DNA from: Elsinoe ampelina
Taxonomy: Eukaryota
Length of the DNA stretch: 64,000 nucleotides
Direction: 5' to 3'
Assembly (NCBI GenBank): GCA_010093995.1
Contig: ML992512.1
Span: 725,781-789,780, forward strand
Shown piece after piece: positions 37,219 through 50,206 of this stretch. Position numbers and translations under genes: made by a program. The notes under the pieces are model-generated. The model did no database searches, was not told the origin of the DNA, and saw only the letters and a list, made by a program, of their open reading frames with translations. Positions within the stretch are counted from its first letter, which is position 1, and each line of letters starts with the position of its first letter.

Positions 37219-37806
37219 TCAGACACCCCATCTCAAACACACCCCCTCTACGCCCCTGCTCAATCTATCCTGCTCCCTCTCCAACTCCTCCATTGCCCTT
37301 TCCACTTGCTCCGACCACCCTTGGACTTCTGCCAGCAGGGCATATGCTTCCTGCCCTTCGCTTGTGCGTCCCTTGTGCTGCAGTACCTGTGCCAGTCGCT
37401 CAATCCAGATGGCCAAGCTGTCGATCACGGCTGCTGGGGTCGGGCGGGCTGAGGCAATGTCGTTGAGAGACTGGCGGGCTGAGGAGGAGAGGGAAGAGTA
37501 CATGATCTCGTGCTTAGGGCGATCCTGGGTGGAAGAATATGTGAGTGAGGTAAGGTTGGTGAAATTAGAGGGTGAGTGGGGAGGAGTTTGCTGTGGGCTG
37601 GGTGGTGGAGTATCCAAGATGGTAGAGAAGATGGTGTGGATCTTGGTTGGGAGCTGATCGTCCAGGTCGCGGAGGGAAGGGACGAGCTTGTAAGGGATGG
37701 TGCATGACGAGGTGTGAGCGTGGTAGTAGAGGTGAGCGAGGATGGTGTCGTAAAAGCTGCGAAGTGTGACTTCGGTGGAGGTCGTGCCGGATGACGAGGA
37801 CGGCAT
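37219..37806 (-). CDS. Hypothetical protein (195 aa); possibly part of the snoRNA host transcript
   Basis: ATG in a good context (CACAATG) and a predicted-helical C-terminal half. No recognisable domain. Confidence 0.45.
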   Translation of the reverse strand: MPSSSSGTTSTEVTLRSFYDTILAHLYYHAHTSSCTIPYKLVPSLRDLDDQLPTKIHTIFSTILDTPPPSPQQTPPHSPSNFTNLTSLTYSSTQDRPKHEIMYSSLSSSARQSLNDIASARPTPAAVIDSLAIWIERLAQVLQHKGRTSEGQEAYALLAEVQGWSEQVERAMEELEREQDRLSRGVEGVCLRWGV

Positions 37807-38062
37807 TGTGGGTAATGACTCAGTGCCTTATTTTGATGGTGACGATTGAATGGTACCTGTGAGATGCGTGAAGCTGGAGGCCAGAGACTAAGCAAGGAAG
37901 ATGTGAATTGGGTTTTGGATGTGTGAAGAAAAGCAAGCTTCACTTGGACCTGGAGTGATGTGGAAAGCGCATTTCGCATCGACTCTTCCCGAATGAGGCA
38001 TGCCTGTGAAACAAACAGCAAACGCGGAGCAAAGCACAAAAGGATTACAAGTAACGACAAAT

Positions 38063-38250
38063 AGCTGTTTGATCCCTCTGACACCGCCCTCGCAACAGGT
38101 CCGAAGACTTGCGAGGCCAGCTCTTATGGGATCTTCATATTTCCCTCTCCGCACCTCTAAATCGCCCTACAGCAAGAAGTCAAGGCTCAATCTTCACAAA
38201 ATGTGTTGAGGAAGCACTATGCTGAATTGCACTGTCTGTTGGGTGCGTGA
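38063..38250 (-). ncRNA. snR3: Box H/ACA snoRNA, probable snR3 orthologue guiding LSU rRNA pseudouridines
   Basis: Two hairpins: CGCACC/GGUGCG, and GAUCCC/GGGAUC with a cUUCGg-capped upper stem. ACA box at 38066-38068. The 3' pocket UAAGA/GUCA pairs with LSU helix 69 UGAC-UC-UCUUA, 14 nt from ACA. The 5' pocket AGACAGU/GAUU pairs with LSU AAUC-UG-ACUGUCU. As recalled, these are the yeast snR3 targets (Psi2264, Psi2129). Confidence 0.85.
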
Positions 38251-38474
38251 TGTAGAAGGAAGGACTGAACGCAAGCAGAGAATTCGTATGTATGCGCCGG
38301 CTAAATTGCGGGCCATTTGAGCTCTGCTCCTCCGAGCTGTAAGGCATCAAAGCATATCTGTCACACTTGGAACATACCTGTGCATTCCAGCTGCCGACAC
38401 TACTTGCAGTGTAAACCAAATCGAGATTGTCCGGTCAGTGACTTTGCAATTGTTAGGATCACCACCGCGGCAAG

Positions 38475-39914
38475 ATGGCGTCGGCCATTTTCTTTCTCGA
38501 CCTGAAGGGCAAGGTAAGCAGCCCATCAGACAAGAGAAGGCATTGGCTGACATGCTGTAGACTCTACTTGCCCGTAATTATCGTGGTGATATCCCCATGT
38601 CAGCAGTCGAAAAGTTCCCCATCCTCCTGTCCGAAGCCGAAGAAGAGTCGTCCGCGGTGCCCCCCTGTTTCTCCGACGAAGGCATCAACTACCTCTACAT
38701 TCGACACAACAATTTGTATCTTCTTGCAATCACGAAACGGAACTCCAACGCGGCGGAGATACTGTTGTTCTTGCACAAGATTGTCGAGGTGTTCACCGAG
38801 TACTTCAAGGAGCTGGAGGAAGAGTCGATCAGGGACAACTTTGTCGTCATCTACGAATTGCTGGACGAAATGATGGACTTTGGATATCCACAAACGACGG
38901 AGAGCAAGATTCTGCAGGAGTACATCACACAGGAAAGTCACAAGCTGGAGGTGGCACGCCCACCAATCGCAGTCACAAACGCGGTATCATGGAGAAGCGA
39001 AGGGATCCGGTACCGAAAGAACGAGGTTTTCCTGGATGTGGTTGAGAGTCTCAACTTGCTCGTGTCATCGGCTGGAAACGTGCTGCGGTCAGAAATCCTG
39101 GGAGCTGTGAAGATGAAGTGTTACCTATCTGGAATGCCGGAGCTGCGACTAGGATTGAACGACAAAGTCATGTTCGAGACGACCGGTCGAGCGACAAGAG
39201 GCAAGGCAGTGGAGATGGAGGATGTCAAATTCCACCAGTGTGTACGATTATCAAGATTCGAGAACGACCGGACGATTAGCTTCATCCCACCTGACGGAGA
39301 ATTTGAGCTCATGAGCTACCGGCTGAACACACAGGTCAAGCCTCTGATCTGGGTCGAGTGCATTGTGGAGAGTCACAGCGGGAGCAGAATTGAGTACATG
39401 CTCAAAGCAAAAGCGCAGTTCAAGAGAAGGAGCACGGCAAACAATGTCGAGATCATCATTCCGGTGCCCGACGATGCGGATACACCGAGGTTCAGGACCA
39501 ATATCGGCAGTGTGCACTATGCACCAGAACAGAGCGCCATCGTGTGGAAGATCAAACAGTTTGGAGGGCAGAAAGAGTTTCTGATGAGAGCCGAGTTAGG
39601 TCTTCCTAGCGTCCGTGGGGATGACGAGAAAGGTGGAGGTATGATGGGTGGGTTCGGGGGAAGCATGGGAGGCGTGGGGGAGAGGGCCAAGGGCAAGCGA
39701 CCCATCAACGTAAAGTTTGAGATCCCCTACTTCACTACGTCTGGTATTCAGGTACGGTACCTGAAGATCATCGAGCCCAAGGTATTTGGAGGGAGCCATT
39801 GACATGTGGGGTCGTACTGACAATTGATAGCTTCAATATCCGTCGTTACCTTGGGTACGATACATTACTCAGTCGGGCGACATTGCGGTCCGACTACCAG
39901 ATGTCCAGGGATGA
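38475..39914 (+). CDS. APM1: AP-1 adaptor complex mu subunit; introns 38514-38560 and 39782-39830
   Basis: MASAIFFLDLKGK|TLLARNYRGDIPM, LEEESIRDNFVVIYELLDEMMDFGYPQ, VSWRSEGIRYRKNEVFLDV and LPWVRYITQSG. Confidence 0.96.
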
Positions 39915-41379
39915 TGCGACGAGCGTCCAAGCCAAGCTACAGTATCATGACCATCCATGATTACGCACACAAGCAGATGAAGTGCAAGCCGCCAGTACCT
40001 TGGTCGAGGGCCGCAAGCGAGTCAGGCCGCACGTGCTGTGACAGCAGCAGGATCTACCGGGGATTGCCCAGATGAACGACGGGCCACGAGGATGATCAAG
40101 GCGGGCCGCGGTCGGGAGGGCACGGTAGCACGGTAGCAACAGAACAGGGCGATGGATGAGGCAGATATAGCACAGCCTGAATTCCTGGCAAAGGGCAGGT
40201 CCAGCATACGTGGTCTGTCCTGACACTGATACAGTAGCATTTGTGAATCGGCACACACGATCGAGAATGCAATCTCGGAAGCTCGCGCTAGGGCCTGAAA
40301 AGCTGATGATTTCTGGACCTGATTGAGATGTTGTGAAACCATGACTTGGCAATTTTGCTTGAGCCGCTAATACTGTAAACGGGACCTGGAAGCAGCCCGA
40401 GGACGGGCTACAGCTCTGCGATCCTGCGTGTTGGAAACGCTCGGACGAACGCAGGCGATCAAGATGGGTTCCAATCTTGGTGTTTTCTTCTGCGTGTTTT
40501 CTCGAAGCTGTGGCCACGCCTCGGGCTGCAGCTCGTTTCGGAGCAGCGAGATGAGACGGGAGCGACATTTCACACAAAAAGCCAGAGCGGGGCTCTTTTT
40601 CCGCCACGGCGGCCACTCCTGCTCGCCGCTCGCGTGCTCTGGAAATTTGGCCGGGTGGTGGAGGGACCTCGAGGGACGTGTTTCAGAGCTGCCGGGCAGG
40701 GTGACAAGGTTATGTATGGCTGCCCTGTCATGTCAAGAGGGAGCTCTTAGCTCTTCTAGCTGTGTCTCTCCTTCTCCACCCCGTCATCAATCCGGCCACA
40801 TCCGCCTTGCTGGAATTCCTCCAGGCAGCATGTGGGTGGCTTGTTCCGCGCTCCGGGTCAGATTGATTGCTGCTCATGGTGTGACATTGTTGCGGGAGAG
40901 GAGATTCGTGGTTGGTGGAAGATGGATTGTAGAAGATGAGGTCAAGATTGGTGTGGTGTACCAGGTGTACCAGGTGGACTGTAGATGCGAGCGATTCCCG
41001 AGATGCAATGCCTTGTACAATAAGGTTCGGTTTGCCTTGGTCCGGCAGCGGCATCTCGAAACGTGAGAGAAGAGAAGGTCGAGCTGACACTGGAGTCTTG
41101 ACTACTTGGGGTTGCGAAAAGAATTCTGTGACATGCTTCCACCACTTTAATATCAATTCTCGGACTCTACAACTCGTCCTTCAACACGCTCGCTGTCGGC
41201 CGTTTATTTCTCGTAGCGATTACTGAGGCAGACTTTTTTTTTGCGGGACCGGGAATTAAACAACCAAAGCTTCCAGTTTCTGTACCTCGACTGCACCTCC
41301 AACACGCAAGCTCGCCCCAAAGCACCTTCCCAACCTTTGCGACCTGCCCTGAGCCTCTGCCAGCTCGCGACACACTGCA

Positions 41380-43404
41380 ATGGCGTCCAATCAAGGCGCC
41401 GGCCTGCAGCGATATGTAGTCATCCATGTCGCCACTACCTGCGACGAGCATGGTGTCTATGTGACAAAGGACTCGGCAGAAGTCATTGAGCTTGGATGGA
41501 TACTGCTCGATTCGAGCAATTGCGAAGAAGTACAACACTCCTCTGCACCTGCATGGTCCTGCAGCTGATACACGTCCTTTAGATCCACCGCGAAAGTGTT
41601 CTTGTCAAGCCCGTCAATACCCCGATAACACCTCTCTGCAGTACGTGCCCAGCTTCGAGGAATTTCGACTTCCCAAAGACATGCACTGACATTGTCACCA
41701 GCTAGTCTTACCACCCTCACTTGGGAGCATGTCCGAAATGCTGGCTCATTTCGCGATGCAATCAGCCGCTTCGATACCTTTGCGCAAGAGCACATTGTTA
41801 GCAAAAACCTCGACTTTGCATTCGTCACGCTCGACTCGTGGGATCTTCGGGTACAGCTCCCGAGGGAGGCAAGAGACAAAGCAGTCGTCCTTCCACCATA
41901 CCTGCAGCACTCCAAAACATTTGACCTTCGGACGGAATACCAGCGATGGCAACAACACCATCCCGAATCTCTACCTTTTGGGTCAAGTGCGTTGGCGAAT
42001 ATCTGTGCGGCCCTCGAGGTCGAGCCGGTACAAGGCTCCGCACCCATCAAACACAACCTGCCGTTCCACCTTCAGGCTCTCGCGCCGTCGTCTCCGAGAC
42101 GGGCGATGGAAGAGGCCGTCACTCTTGCTAGAGTCCTGCGAGGGCTGATCACCAAATCGCAACCTCCGCAGGACCATCCGGATGTCCTTACCCGGCCTCT
42201 CGACGCCCGAGCTGATGTCCGCGCCTTCTTGGGAGAGCGCAGCAAGGTCCTTCACATGAGTGGCCTGCCACACGACACTACTCAATCTGAGCTCGAAAGC
42301 TGGTTCACGCAATTTGGTGGGAGGCCCATTGCATTCTGGACGTTGAAGACGCCGGATCAACACAAGCCGACTGGAACGGGGTTTGCTATCTTCTCGTCTC
42401 ATGAAGAGGTATGCTCGACATGAATAATTTCGAAATGCTCATTGCTAATCGCTGTTCAGGCTGCTGAATCACTCTGCATGAACGGTCGTGCTCTCAACGA
42501 AAAGGCCATTGAGGTATCTCCATCATCCGATCGGGTCCTCTCCCGAGCTGCAGATATCCTTACCCCATTCCCTCCAAGCAAGAACCGACCTCGACCTGGT
42601 GACTGGACATGTCCTAGCTGCGGCTTCTCTAATTTCCAGCGACGAACCGCCTGCTTCCGATGCTCATACCCTGCGATGGGCGAGCAGCCGCATGCACCTA
42701 TGTATGGCGGATATGGCTACGGCCATCCTGGCATGATGCCTCATCCAGGCCATCATATGGGCGGCCACAGCCACGGCATGCATGGCGGCGGCGGTGGTGG
42801 TATGGGCCGAGGTAGCGGAGAGTCTCGAGTACCCTTCAGGGCTGGTGACTGGAGATGCGGTAACGAAGGCTGCAACTACCACAACTTTGCAAAGAACGTC
42901 AGTTGTCTGAGATGCGGCGCTTCTCGAGCGACCTCTGCCATGAGCGCCGTAGAAGTGCCTGGCATGGACGGACCCGCCTCGTACGGTATGCCACCTAGTA
43001 TGGGCGGCGGTCACGGTCCTGGTCCTTTCGGCGGTGCACCATCAGCGTACGGCTCAGCTGGTGGCTACCCAGGCCAAGGCTTCGGTGGTCCCGCACCATC
43101 AACCTTTGCTCTTCCATCCGGCATTGGTGCAGGCCCAACCGGCTACCCACCCATGGGTGGTCCCTACGGCGCCTCATCCGGTATGGCCTCCGGTGGCTTC
43201 GACAGCCGCGCCGAGTCCGCTTTCTCTTCTGCTGGTCAGAACTCCGCCGGCGGCTTCTCCAACGGCGGCTACGGTGCTGGTCCTGGCGCTGACTCGCACG
43301 ACCCCTTCAACTTCCTCAACACCGGTCTCAGCAACCTCTCCATGGGCGGCGGCAACGACGACGGACGACGCAATGGCGCCAACACGAGCAAGTCGCCCGC
43401 ATAG
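41380..43404 (+). CDS. NRP1: Nrp1/Arp-like RNA-binding protein (degenerate exonuclease-like domain, RRM, two RanBP2 zinc fingers); introns 41530-41582, 41642-41701, 42409-42459
   Basis: IHVATTCDEH...EVIELGW, RRM VLHMSGLPHDTTQSELESWF...GFAIF, zinc fingers RPGDWTCPSCGFSNFQRRTACFRC and RAGDWRC...NFAKNVSCLRC, and a Gly-rich tail. Confidence 0.9.
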
Positions 43405-44552
43405 ACTCCTCTATCAATCCGACACGTCAACATCGATCTTCTTCCAATCCTTCGCAACACTTATTCGCCACCACTTCGCTTGCTGTCTTTTGTCATCTCC
43501 TCGCCTCTCCTTTCAGCAAGACTGCTCCAACACTTCATTGAAACTTTTCCTTCTTTTCATCATCTCCTATCTGTACGTGCAATCACTTTCTTCAGTTGTT
43601 TGCCAAAAAGAACTCAAGCGCGGCGCCGGGAAAAGCACACAACCAGATTTTCTCTGGTTGAGGGTGTGGGGACAGGGGGGGGGGCTTGGTCGGGCATTGT
43701 ACGTACGTCTGTCTGTCTGTCTGTTGGTCGCTGGAGGTCGTAGCGTCATTGGCCGGGAAAAGTGGGGTTGCACAAACGTCGACACGTCCTGTTCCGAGAG
43801 CATTGCTGGTGCATTTTTCTGGTGCGGGGGGTTTGCAAGAGGAGCGTCGGGGGTCAGGGGAGGGGAGCATAGAAGGAGGGAATGAGGGGGAGCATAGCGC
43901 GTGGTTGATCGGGATGTCATGGGTCGATATCTTTGGCGGTCACCGAGCTAGGGATGGGATGGATATATAGGTCTAGGACGGGATAAGGGGCGGTACAAAT
44001 ACCCTGGGTTTGAGCGAATCAGGTGCATTGCGTGTGTACGGGTTGGGATCTCTCTGGGTCTGTGATTCTTTCGATGGGGAGGGGGTTTGTGATGTGTGAT
44101 GAGGTGGGAAGGGAGGGAAGGAAGGGCGGATTGGGGACGCTAGTCGTCGCTCTTGACATGGTGGAGGATGAGAGGAGGCAGGTGGGCGAAAGAAAAGGAG
44201 AAAGAAGGAGGAGACGGGTTTTCGCTTCTGTGGTAGCTGATGCTTTCCTTGACGCGGAGAATTGAGATATCTTTTACCATTCACTTTTGATGTCACACTT
44301 GCCCTGTGCTGGCCGAGGGATCATTGCTGGCTTTTTGTGTGTGCAATTCCATTCACGTTCAAGCCTGCCCTGCTCTGCTCGATTCAACCGCGACGATCAA
44401 ATCTGCACAAGCATTGTCATGTTGTACATTTCTTCCATTCGGGCTCATGCATGAGCACGCGCACCAGGCCAGTGTCTACCGTACGAAAAAAACCCACCCC
44501 GCTTCTCCAGCAGCCCACCCAGACATCTCCCAGCGCCCCCGAGGCCAACCAC

Positions 44553-47500
44553 TCACCCCTCGACCAACGCCCCCAAAATCAAACTCTGAATGACAAACTC
44601 ATCCCCGACGACCCTCACCCCCCCCTCCAAAAGCACCGACATCCTCCCCTCCCCTCCCTCCTCTTCCCCCCTACCACCACCACCACCCCTCTTCCTCTTC
44701 CTCCCCGCAGCGGCACCGCGCGCCCTGACCTCCTCCAGCCTCCCTTTCTGTCCCGCCATCGAGGCAGCGACGCTCTCCACCCGCTCGGGGCAAGTGTGCA
44801 GCCACTTCCACTTCCACTGCCCGCAACCCGCCTCCCGACCGTCGGGTCCGGGCGAGACGTCGAGGCACGCCCTCGCTTCCTCGATGGAGTCGACGAGGCG
44901 GACCCGTTCCGCGCCTAGAGCGAGGGATAGGAAGGCGTAGACTTCTCTCCTGTCGGCTTTCTTCTTGCCTTTTCCCTTGTCGTCGTCCGCGAGGAGGAGG
45001 ACGCCGCCGCCGCCGTTGAGAAGGCGGTCGCGGCGTTGGAGTTGTTGGGCTAAGGAGGCAGTGGCTGGTGGGTAGGGGACGAGGGTGCGGCTTCGGACGG
45101 TGCCGAGGAAGCTGCTTTCGCCGGCTGGGAGGAGGTAGCGGCCCCAGTCGAGGGGGTGGCCGGCGAGGAGGGAGTCGGAGATCCACCGGTGGTGGAGGGT
45201 GGGGATGGAGAGGGAGAGGGATTGGATGTACTTTTGTGTGCGGGAGTGGGTGTCTGCAATTAGAGCGACGAATTTGAGGTGCGCGTAGCGGGGTTTGAGG
45301 CGGAGGGCGGGTTCGGAAAGCGGATCTGAGGAGGTGGTGAGAGTGATGTCGAACAGTTCGTGGAGGCCAGAGTGCAGGATTAGACCTCCGGAGGAGGTGA
45401 GTTGGGTGATGGTGTGGTCTCGTGCTGCGTCGGATGCAGAGGAGGACGTGTATGATATTGCGAATGCCATGTTGGAAAACACTGAGCTGGTGACTGGGTG
45501 TGAGATGGGTGTGGGAAGGCCAATGGGAATGTGCCCAGAGTTCATTGTGAGTCGGCGAGACCGCGAGGACGGTGTGGCAGGCGTCGAAATCGCAGGGCCC
45601 GGAGTGCTCAGGCGCGAATTCGACGCCGTAGCTGGAGGTGTGAATGTCCGTGTGTTGAACTTCGGCCACATCGTTGGTGTCACCTTGATTGACATGGTGG
45701 GCACGGACAAAACCTCGTCCATCGTGGTTGCTGGAGTAGGCAAAGATTTGCGACCAGATGTTGTGCTTTTGATCTTGAGCTGGACATAAGCATGGCCATT
45801 AACATCGACCAGAAGAAGCTCTTGCTGGGTCTGCTCTGTTGGAGCTTCAAATCCGCAGATCACATACGTGTGCTGCCGTTTTCCATCAATATCCAGTTTG
45901 ATGGCATCGTCAAGTCGCAGGTCGAAAGCGGCGACCTGATGTCGCTCCAAGGTCGCTTCTGTACCTTCGTCAAAGCGAACTTGATACATGGCTTTGTCGC
46001 CAGAGCCAACCACGGCAAGGAACGTAGCCGGATAGAAAGCGTTGTAGCTGCCCTTGAAGAAGGCCAGAACTCGATTGCGGCCAGTATCGGAAGTAGAACG
46101 GGCAGCGCCGTCGGCGGGATCATCTACAGCAGCGACAGCAGCAGCAGCACCATCCACATAAGCAGGCTCATCAAGAGGAGCATCGGGCAACGTCGTCTCT
46201 ATCTGCTTTTGCGCCTGAACGGCTGGCACCTCAGGCTCATCGACAGATCTAGCACTTTCTTCGGCTGTGTGAAGCGATTCTGTACTGTCTGCGGCCTTCC
46301 CAGCGTCTTCGCCGGCAGCTGGATCTCTAGTCATGGTCTTGCGAGTCTTCCGGCGTTTCGGCGCAGGCATGACTGGTGAGCTGTGTTCGATCTGCGGAGC
46401 TGCAGCCGTTTCCTGCGCGGTGCTCAGGGCTGCAGGATCCCGCCCAGCACTTTCAGCCACAGGGGCCGACTCAACTTCCATGATGGTCTCCTCCACTTCC
46501 ATAGTGCTCGGGGCGACTGGTGCCTTTGTAGATTTTCGCAGGGCGTTCTTCTTCCCGTAGACTTTTTGGTTCACGCGCTTCACAGGTGACTTTGTCATCT
46601 GAAGAAAGTGCTGGTCATCCTCGTTCATGAGATCCATGCCAATACTGATGTCGACCTCACCGAGGGAGTCAGGTGGCGACGGGTCATTCGCTATGTCTGC
46701 CATCCTCCGCACGTTGCCAACTTTGCGAGGACTCTCGGACACCAGCCGTCGTCGTTGAGAACTTTGCGCAGATGATCGAGGCTGGGATGCTGAGATGTGG
46801 GTCGCTGCAGTATCAAATATACTGGTCTTGTTGGAGTCGCTCTTACCTGTAGCTTGTTTGGATACAGATTTGGTTGCGTTTGGCTCGACAAGCTCTTTCT
46901 CGTCTTTGCCAGCTTCTACCTCCGCGGGCATGTTGTCGCCATCATCGAGCGCCTCAGGCTGCTTATCTACTACCTCGAGAACCTCATCTTCACCAGTCGG
47001 AACATCGTCAGGATCGTCAAGAGGCACAGGGATCGGCGGACTGCTGGGCATGTTCCCGCTGGTCTCTTCCACAGGATCTTGTGGCCCGCTCGACTCCGGT
47101 GGTCTTGGAAGCGAAGACATTTTTGAGTCTTCCACCGGTCCTTCAAGAATCGGTCTCCATTGACTAGACGCAATAGGTAGCTGAGACCCAGGCACATAAG
47201 ATGCAATGGAGGAGGGATCGATTATCCTTGGTGGTCCATTGATACTGCTATTGATGTTGCCCGGCTGTGAATTTGCCACAACAGCATACGCTGGATTCGT
47301 CGAGCTTGCATCCTGGCTGGAATCGACTCGGGGAAGATGGTCAACCTGGTCTTTTGTGGGTAGTCGTGCTGCAGTCTTTGATGCTTCTGGCTCCGGAGAA
47401 CCTGCGACCTCCATGTCCTCTTCGCGATCTGACACCAGCACTTCGTCGTCATCCTCAACTTGGTCCTGCGACTGGCTCTTTCGTTGGCTCTGTACTATGT

Positions 47501-48880
47501 CGCCGCCGAATTCGTCGTAATCATATACTGAATCCTCGTCCTCTTCTGATTCCTCGTCATCATCCGCTATGATCACCGGCTGTCTGCGATCCGGCTTTGC
47601 GTTTCTTGATCCAGGTGCTGCCATCATTCGTGTCCGAGGAACAAGGTCCGCATGGGATCTTGCGAATTCTGACTTCGCTCTGCGGGCTGGAGTCTGCATT
47701 GAATCCCTAAAGCGCGTGCTTCTCATACTGGTGGGCACGTTGCCCGGCGATGTGCTCTGGGTGTCATCATCAAAGATGACCTTTGAGGAAGACGGTGGGT
47801 GAGTGCTGTCCCGGTGTAGGCGTGATTTGGCGTCACGACGTTCTTGCGATTCCTCCATAGGTTTGTATGTCTCGCGAGGTCCATTGGTAAATCTTGAATT
47901 GCTAGCCTTCGTGGGCGATGACAGTGCATGTATCGAAGGTGACACAGTATTCGCAAGCAAAAAGTTCGGACTAGGGCGAGACTCCACGGGATCTGACCGT
48001 GCTAAATCGCCAGCAGGAGATGTCATTGCTTGTGTATTGTCAAACATCTGTGTTGCTGTCATCAAAGGTTGTGCAGTCCGATTTCCAAAGATGTTGGATA
48101 GAGCCGAGCCAGGAGTCTTTGATGCTGTGGTGGGCGTAATGGTCTCGCCCTTTCTGTTTCGCTTGTGTCCTGCAAGCCCTGGTGTCTTGAGGTGAGTGTC
48201 CCTTTGAAGTGACGATGGCATGCCTGGCGACGCATCATCCTCGATCGACTCATGCACGCTGTGTACATCGACTGGCGGAATGCTGTTGCCCTGCGTCTGC
48301 GACCAGGCGCCACCAAAATCTACCATGCCTGGCTTGCCTGGCGTAGCATCGATTTGTGTGACCTGCTCTTCCATGTCCTCGTCATCATCTTCGTTCATGC
48401 TAGCCCCAGGTCCATTGCCTTGAGATGTTCCGGGGCGATGGAAGGACTTCTGATAGTCGCGATAGACCTGCGACGGCATTGGCTGGGTGTCGCCATCTTC
48501 TGCATCGAGTACGTGGAAGGTGACAGCCCTTGTCAGTCCGGCATGGTGCTGAGGCGAGGATTCGGTCATCATGCCACCCATGTTGGGTGCAGATCTGGTT
48601 GCTATCGGAGGCGGTCGCGGGTCATGAGGGGCAATTGTCGGCCTTGGGAGTTTGCGCCGAGGGGAGGTATGTTGGTAGTCGGATATGGGATGTTTGTGTC
48701 CGTTGCTATTGTCCTGCAAGACGATGTCGTTAGCAAAAGATGGTTGGCAATGAATCGTGCAGCTACCCTGCAAGTCGGCCGATCTAGCATGACACGAAAA
48801 TTGCGCGCACGTACCAAAAGCACTTTCTCAAGATTGCGGAAATGCTGGCTCTCCAGGCTGTCGTCCACCGCAGACGCCAT
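44553..48880 (-). CDS. RAD9: DNA-damage checkpoint mediator Rad9/Crb2 (53BP1-like); intron 48714-48814
   Basis: Disordered SQ/TQ- and SP/TP-rich N-terminus, Tudor-like NRVLAFFKGSYNAFYPAT...VRFDEG, and BRCT FSNMAFAIS...SRTQKYIQSL...HHRWISDS...YLLPAGES. Confidence 0.88.
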
Positions 48881-49014
48881 GACTGTTGTTGGTGGTGTAA
48901 GGCTGCAGCATAGCTATATTCAAGGTTATACATGTGCTTCTGGAGAAGATCAGGTCTTGTACCACACCTCACATCACACCTTTGTCTCAAAAGCGAAAAG
49001 CGGCTCAACCACCA

Positions 49015-49046
49015 ACGCGTCCGCTTTTCTCCCCGCAAACACGCGA
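49015..49046. promoter_or_regulatory. MCB-like elements upstream of RAD9/crb2
   Basis: ACGCGT at 49015-49020 and ACGCGA at 49041-49046, about 135-165 bp before the ATG. Confidence 0.5.
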
Positions 49047-49465
49047 TCAATTTTGGCCCGATGTGGCATAGTGTCGTCATCGCTGGGAAGTTTACCCGCG
49101 ACTTCACCTGCTACAATGTCACTTTCAAGCACATGAAGAATGCTGGTGGGCCTGGTCAAATATCTCTTCAGCACTGAATCTAGGCCTCCATGCAAAGCAC
49201 GAATGTCAATCAATCATGTGGAGCTAACATATCGAAGAGGCAATACCATGAGAAAGATGGGACCAATGTCACATAGGAAAGTATATCCACGCACGTGATT
49301 TGGATATCCCGGTAAGTATATCTCTTTGTTTTGTTGGGCTGTAGAGTTAGATATCCTCAGAGACTATGAAAGAAAAGAAGAAAGAAGCAGCACAAAGCTA
49401 CTGAGAGTGCACAAAGCACAATGACCCACCTACCAGAACTTACCACTCGATCACCTCCCATCTCC

Positions 49466-50206
49466 TCAGAAACCCGGAAAGTGCCTGCTCAAGATGGCCC
49501 TCAATCCCGTCATGAGCGTCCTCTTGAAGAAATTCCTGTCCAGCTCGGTATCCAAGACCACCTGCCCCTCCACAAATGTCTGCAACTCCGCCTCCAACGC
49601 AAGGATGGTCTGCAAGTCGGCTTCTTCAACCATTGGGAACTGACTCATAACATCACCAGGCATAATGAACCACACCTCTGCCCTAGGTGCGATCGTCAAG
49701 GCTACTTCCAGCCTATTGTTCCTGAAAGCCTTGTGACCATCCTCGCTGTAGTGCACGTGCCGAAAGTTAGGACACTCGAAAAGCACCGTGATGCACTGGA
49801 TCCTCGAAAATACATCGCACTCGGCCCAGCGGAACCAGTTCTCGAATTGTGCGCTGCCGTTGCGTGAGTAGCGACAGATGCGGATCTCGCGGTACTTGGC
49901 TTCGATGGCGGCGTCACGTAGCTGTCTGTTGACGGCAGCTATGGGAGGGAGCGCGAGTTGTTGGCGAAGATCGTTCGGCTGGCCATTGGGATGGTCCATG
50001 TAGATACTCAAAGGACCACCACGCTTTTGTTCAACTCGGCACGAGTGAGCGGCAATGAGCTGGGCAACCTCGGTGGGCAGTCGCGTGAGGACATTTTTGG
50101 TTGGATCGCTGGTGTAGGACGGGACACTTGGGTCGGCGAGAACGGAGGCCTCCTTGTCGCGCTTCTCTTGGGCCGAGCGATGGCCGGCGCGAGTAATGAC
50201 TGGCAT
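49466..50206 (-). CDS. F-box-like orphan protein, array copy 1
   Basis: LTRLPTEVAQLIAAH ... IAAVNRQLRDAA. ATG start taken at MPVITRAG. Confidence 0.55.
   Translation of the reverse strand: MPVITRAGHRSAQEKRDKEASVLADPSVPSYTSDPTKNVLTRLPTEVAQLIAAHSCRVEQKRGGPLSIYMDHPNGQPNDLRQQLALPPIAAVNRQLRDAAIEAKYREIRICRYSRNGSAQFENWFRWAECDVFSRIQCITVLFECPNFRHVHYSEDGHKAFRNNRLEVALTIAPRAEVWFIMPGDVMSQFPMVEEADLQTILALEAELQTFVEGQVVLDTELDRNFFKRTLMTGLRAILSRHFPGF

Noticed and set aside
39945..41156. Overlapping 140-220 aa ORFs between APM1 and NRP1
   Set aside because: No domain signal and present on both strands. More likely promoter and long 5' UTR of NRP1.
41380..41529. Missing DEDD acidic residues in the NRP1 exonuclease-like domain as a novelty
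   Set aside because: As far as I recall the IHVATTCDE form is the normal state in this fungal family.
43707..43724. (GTCT)n tract downstream of NRP1
   Set aside because: Ordinary short microsatellite.
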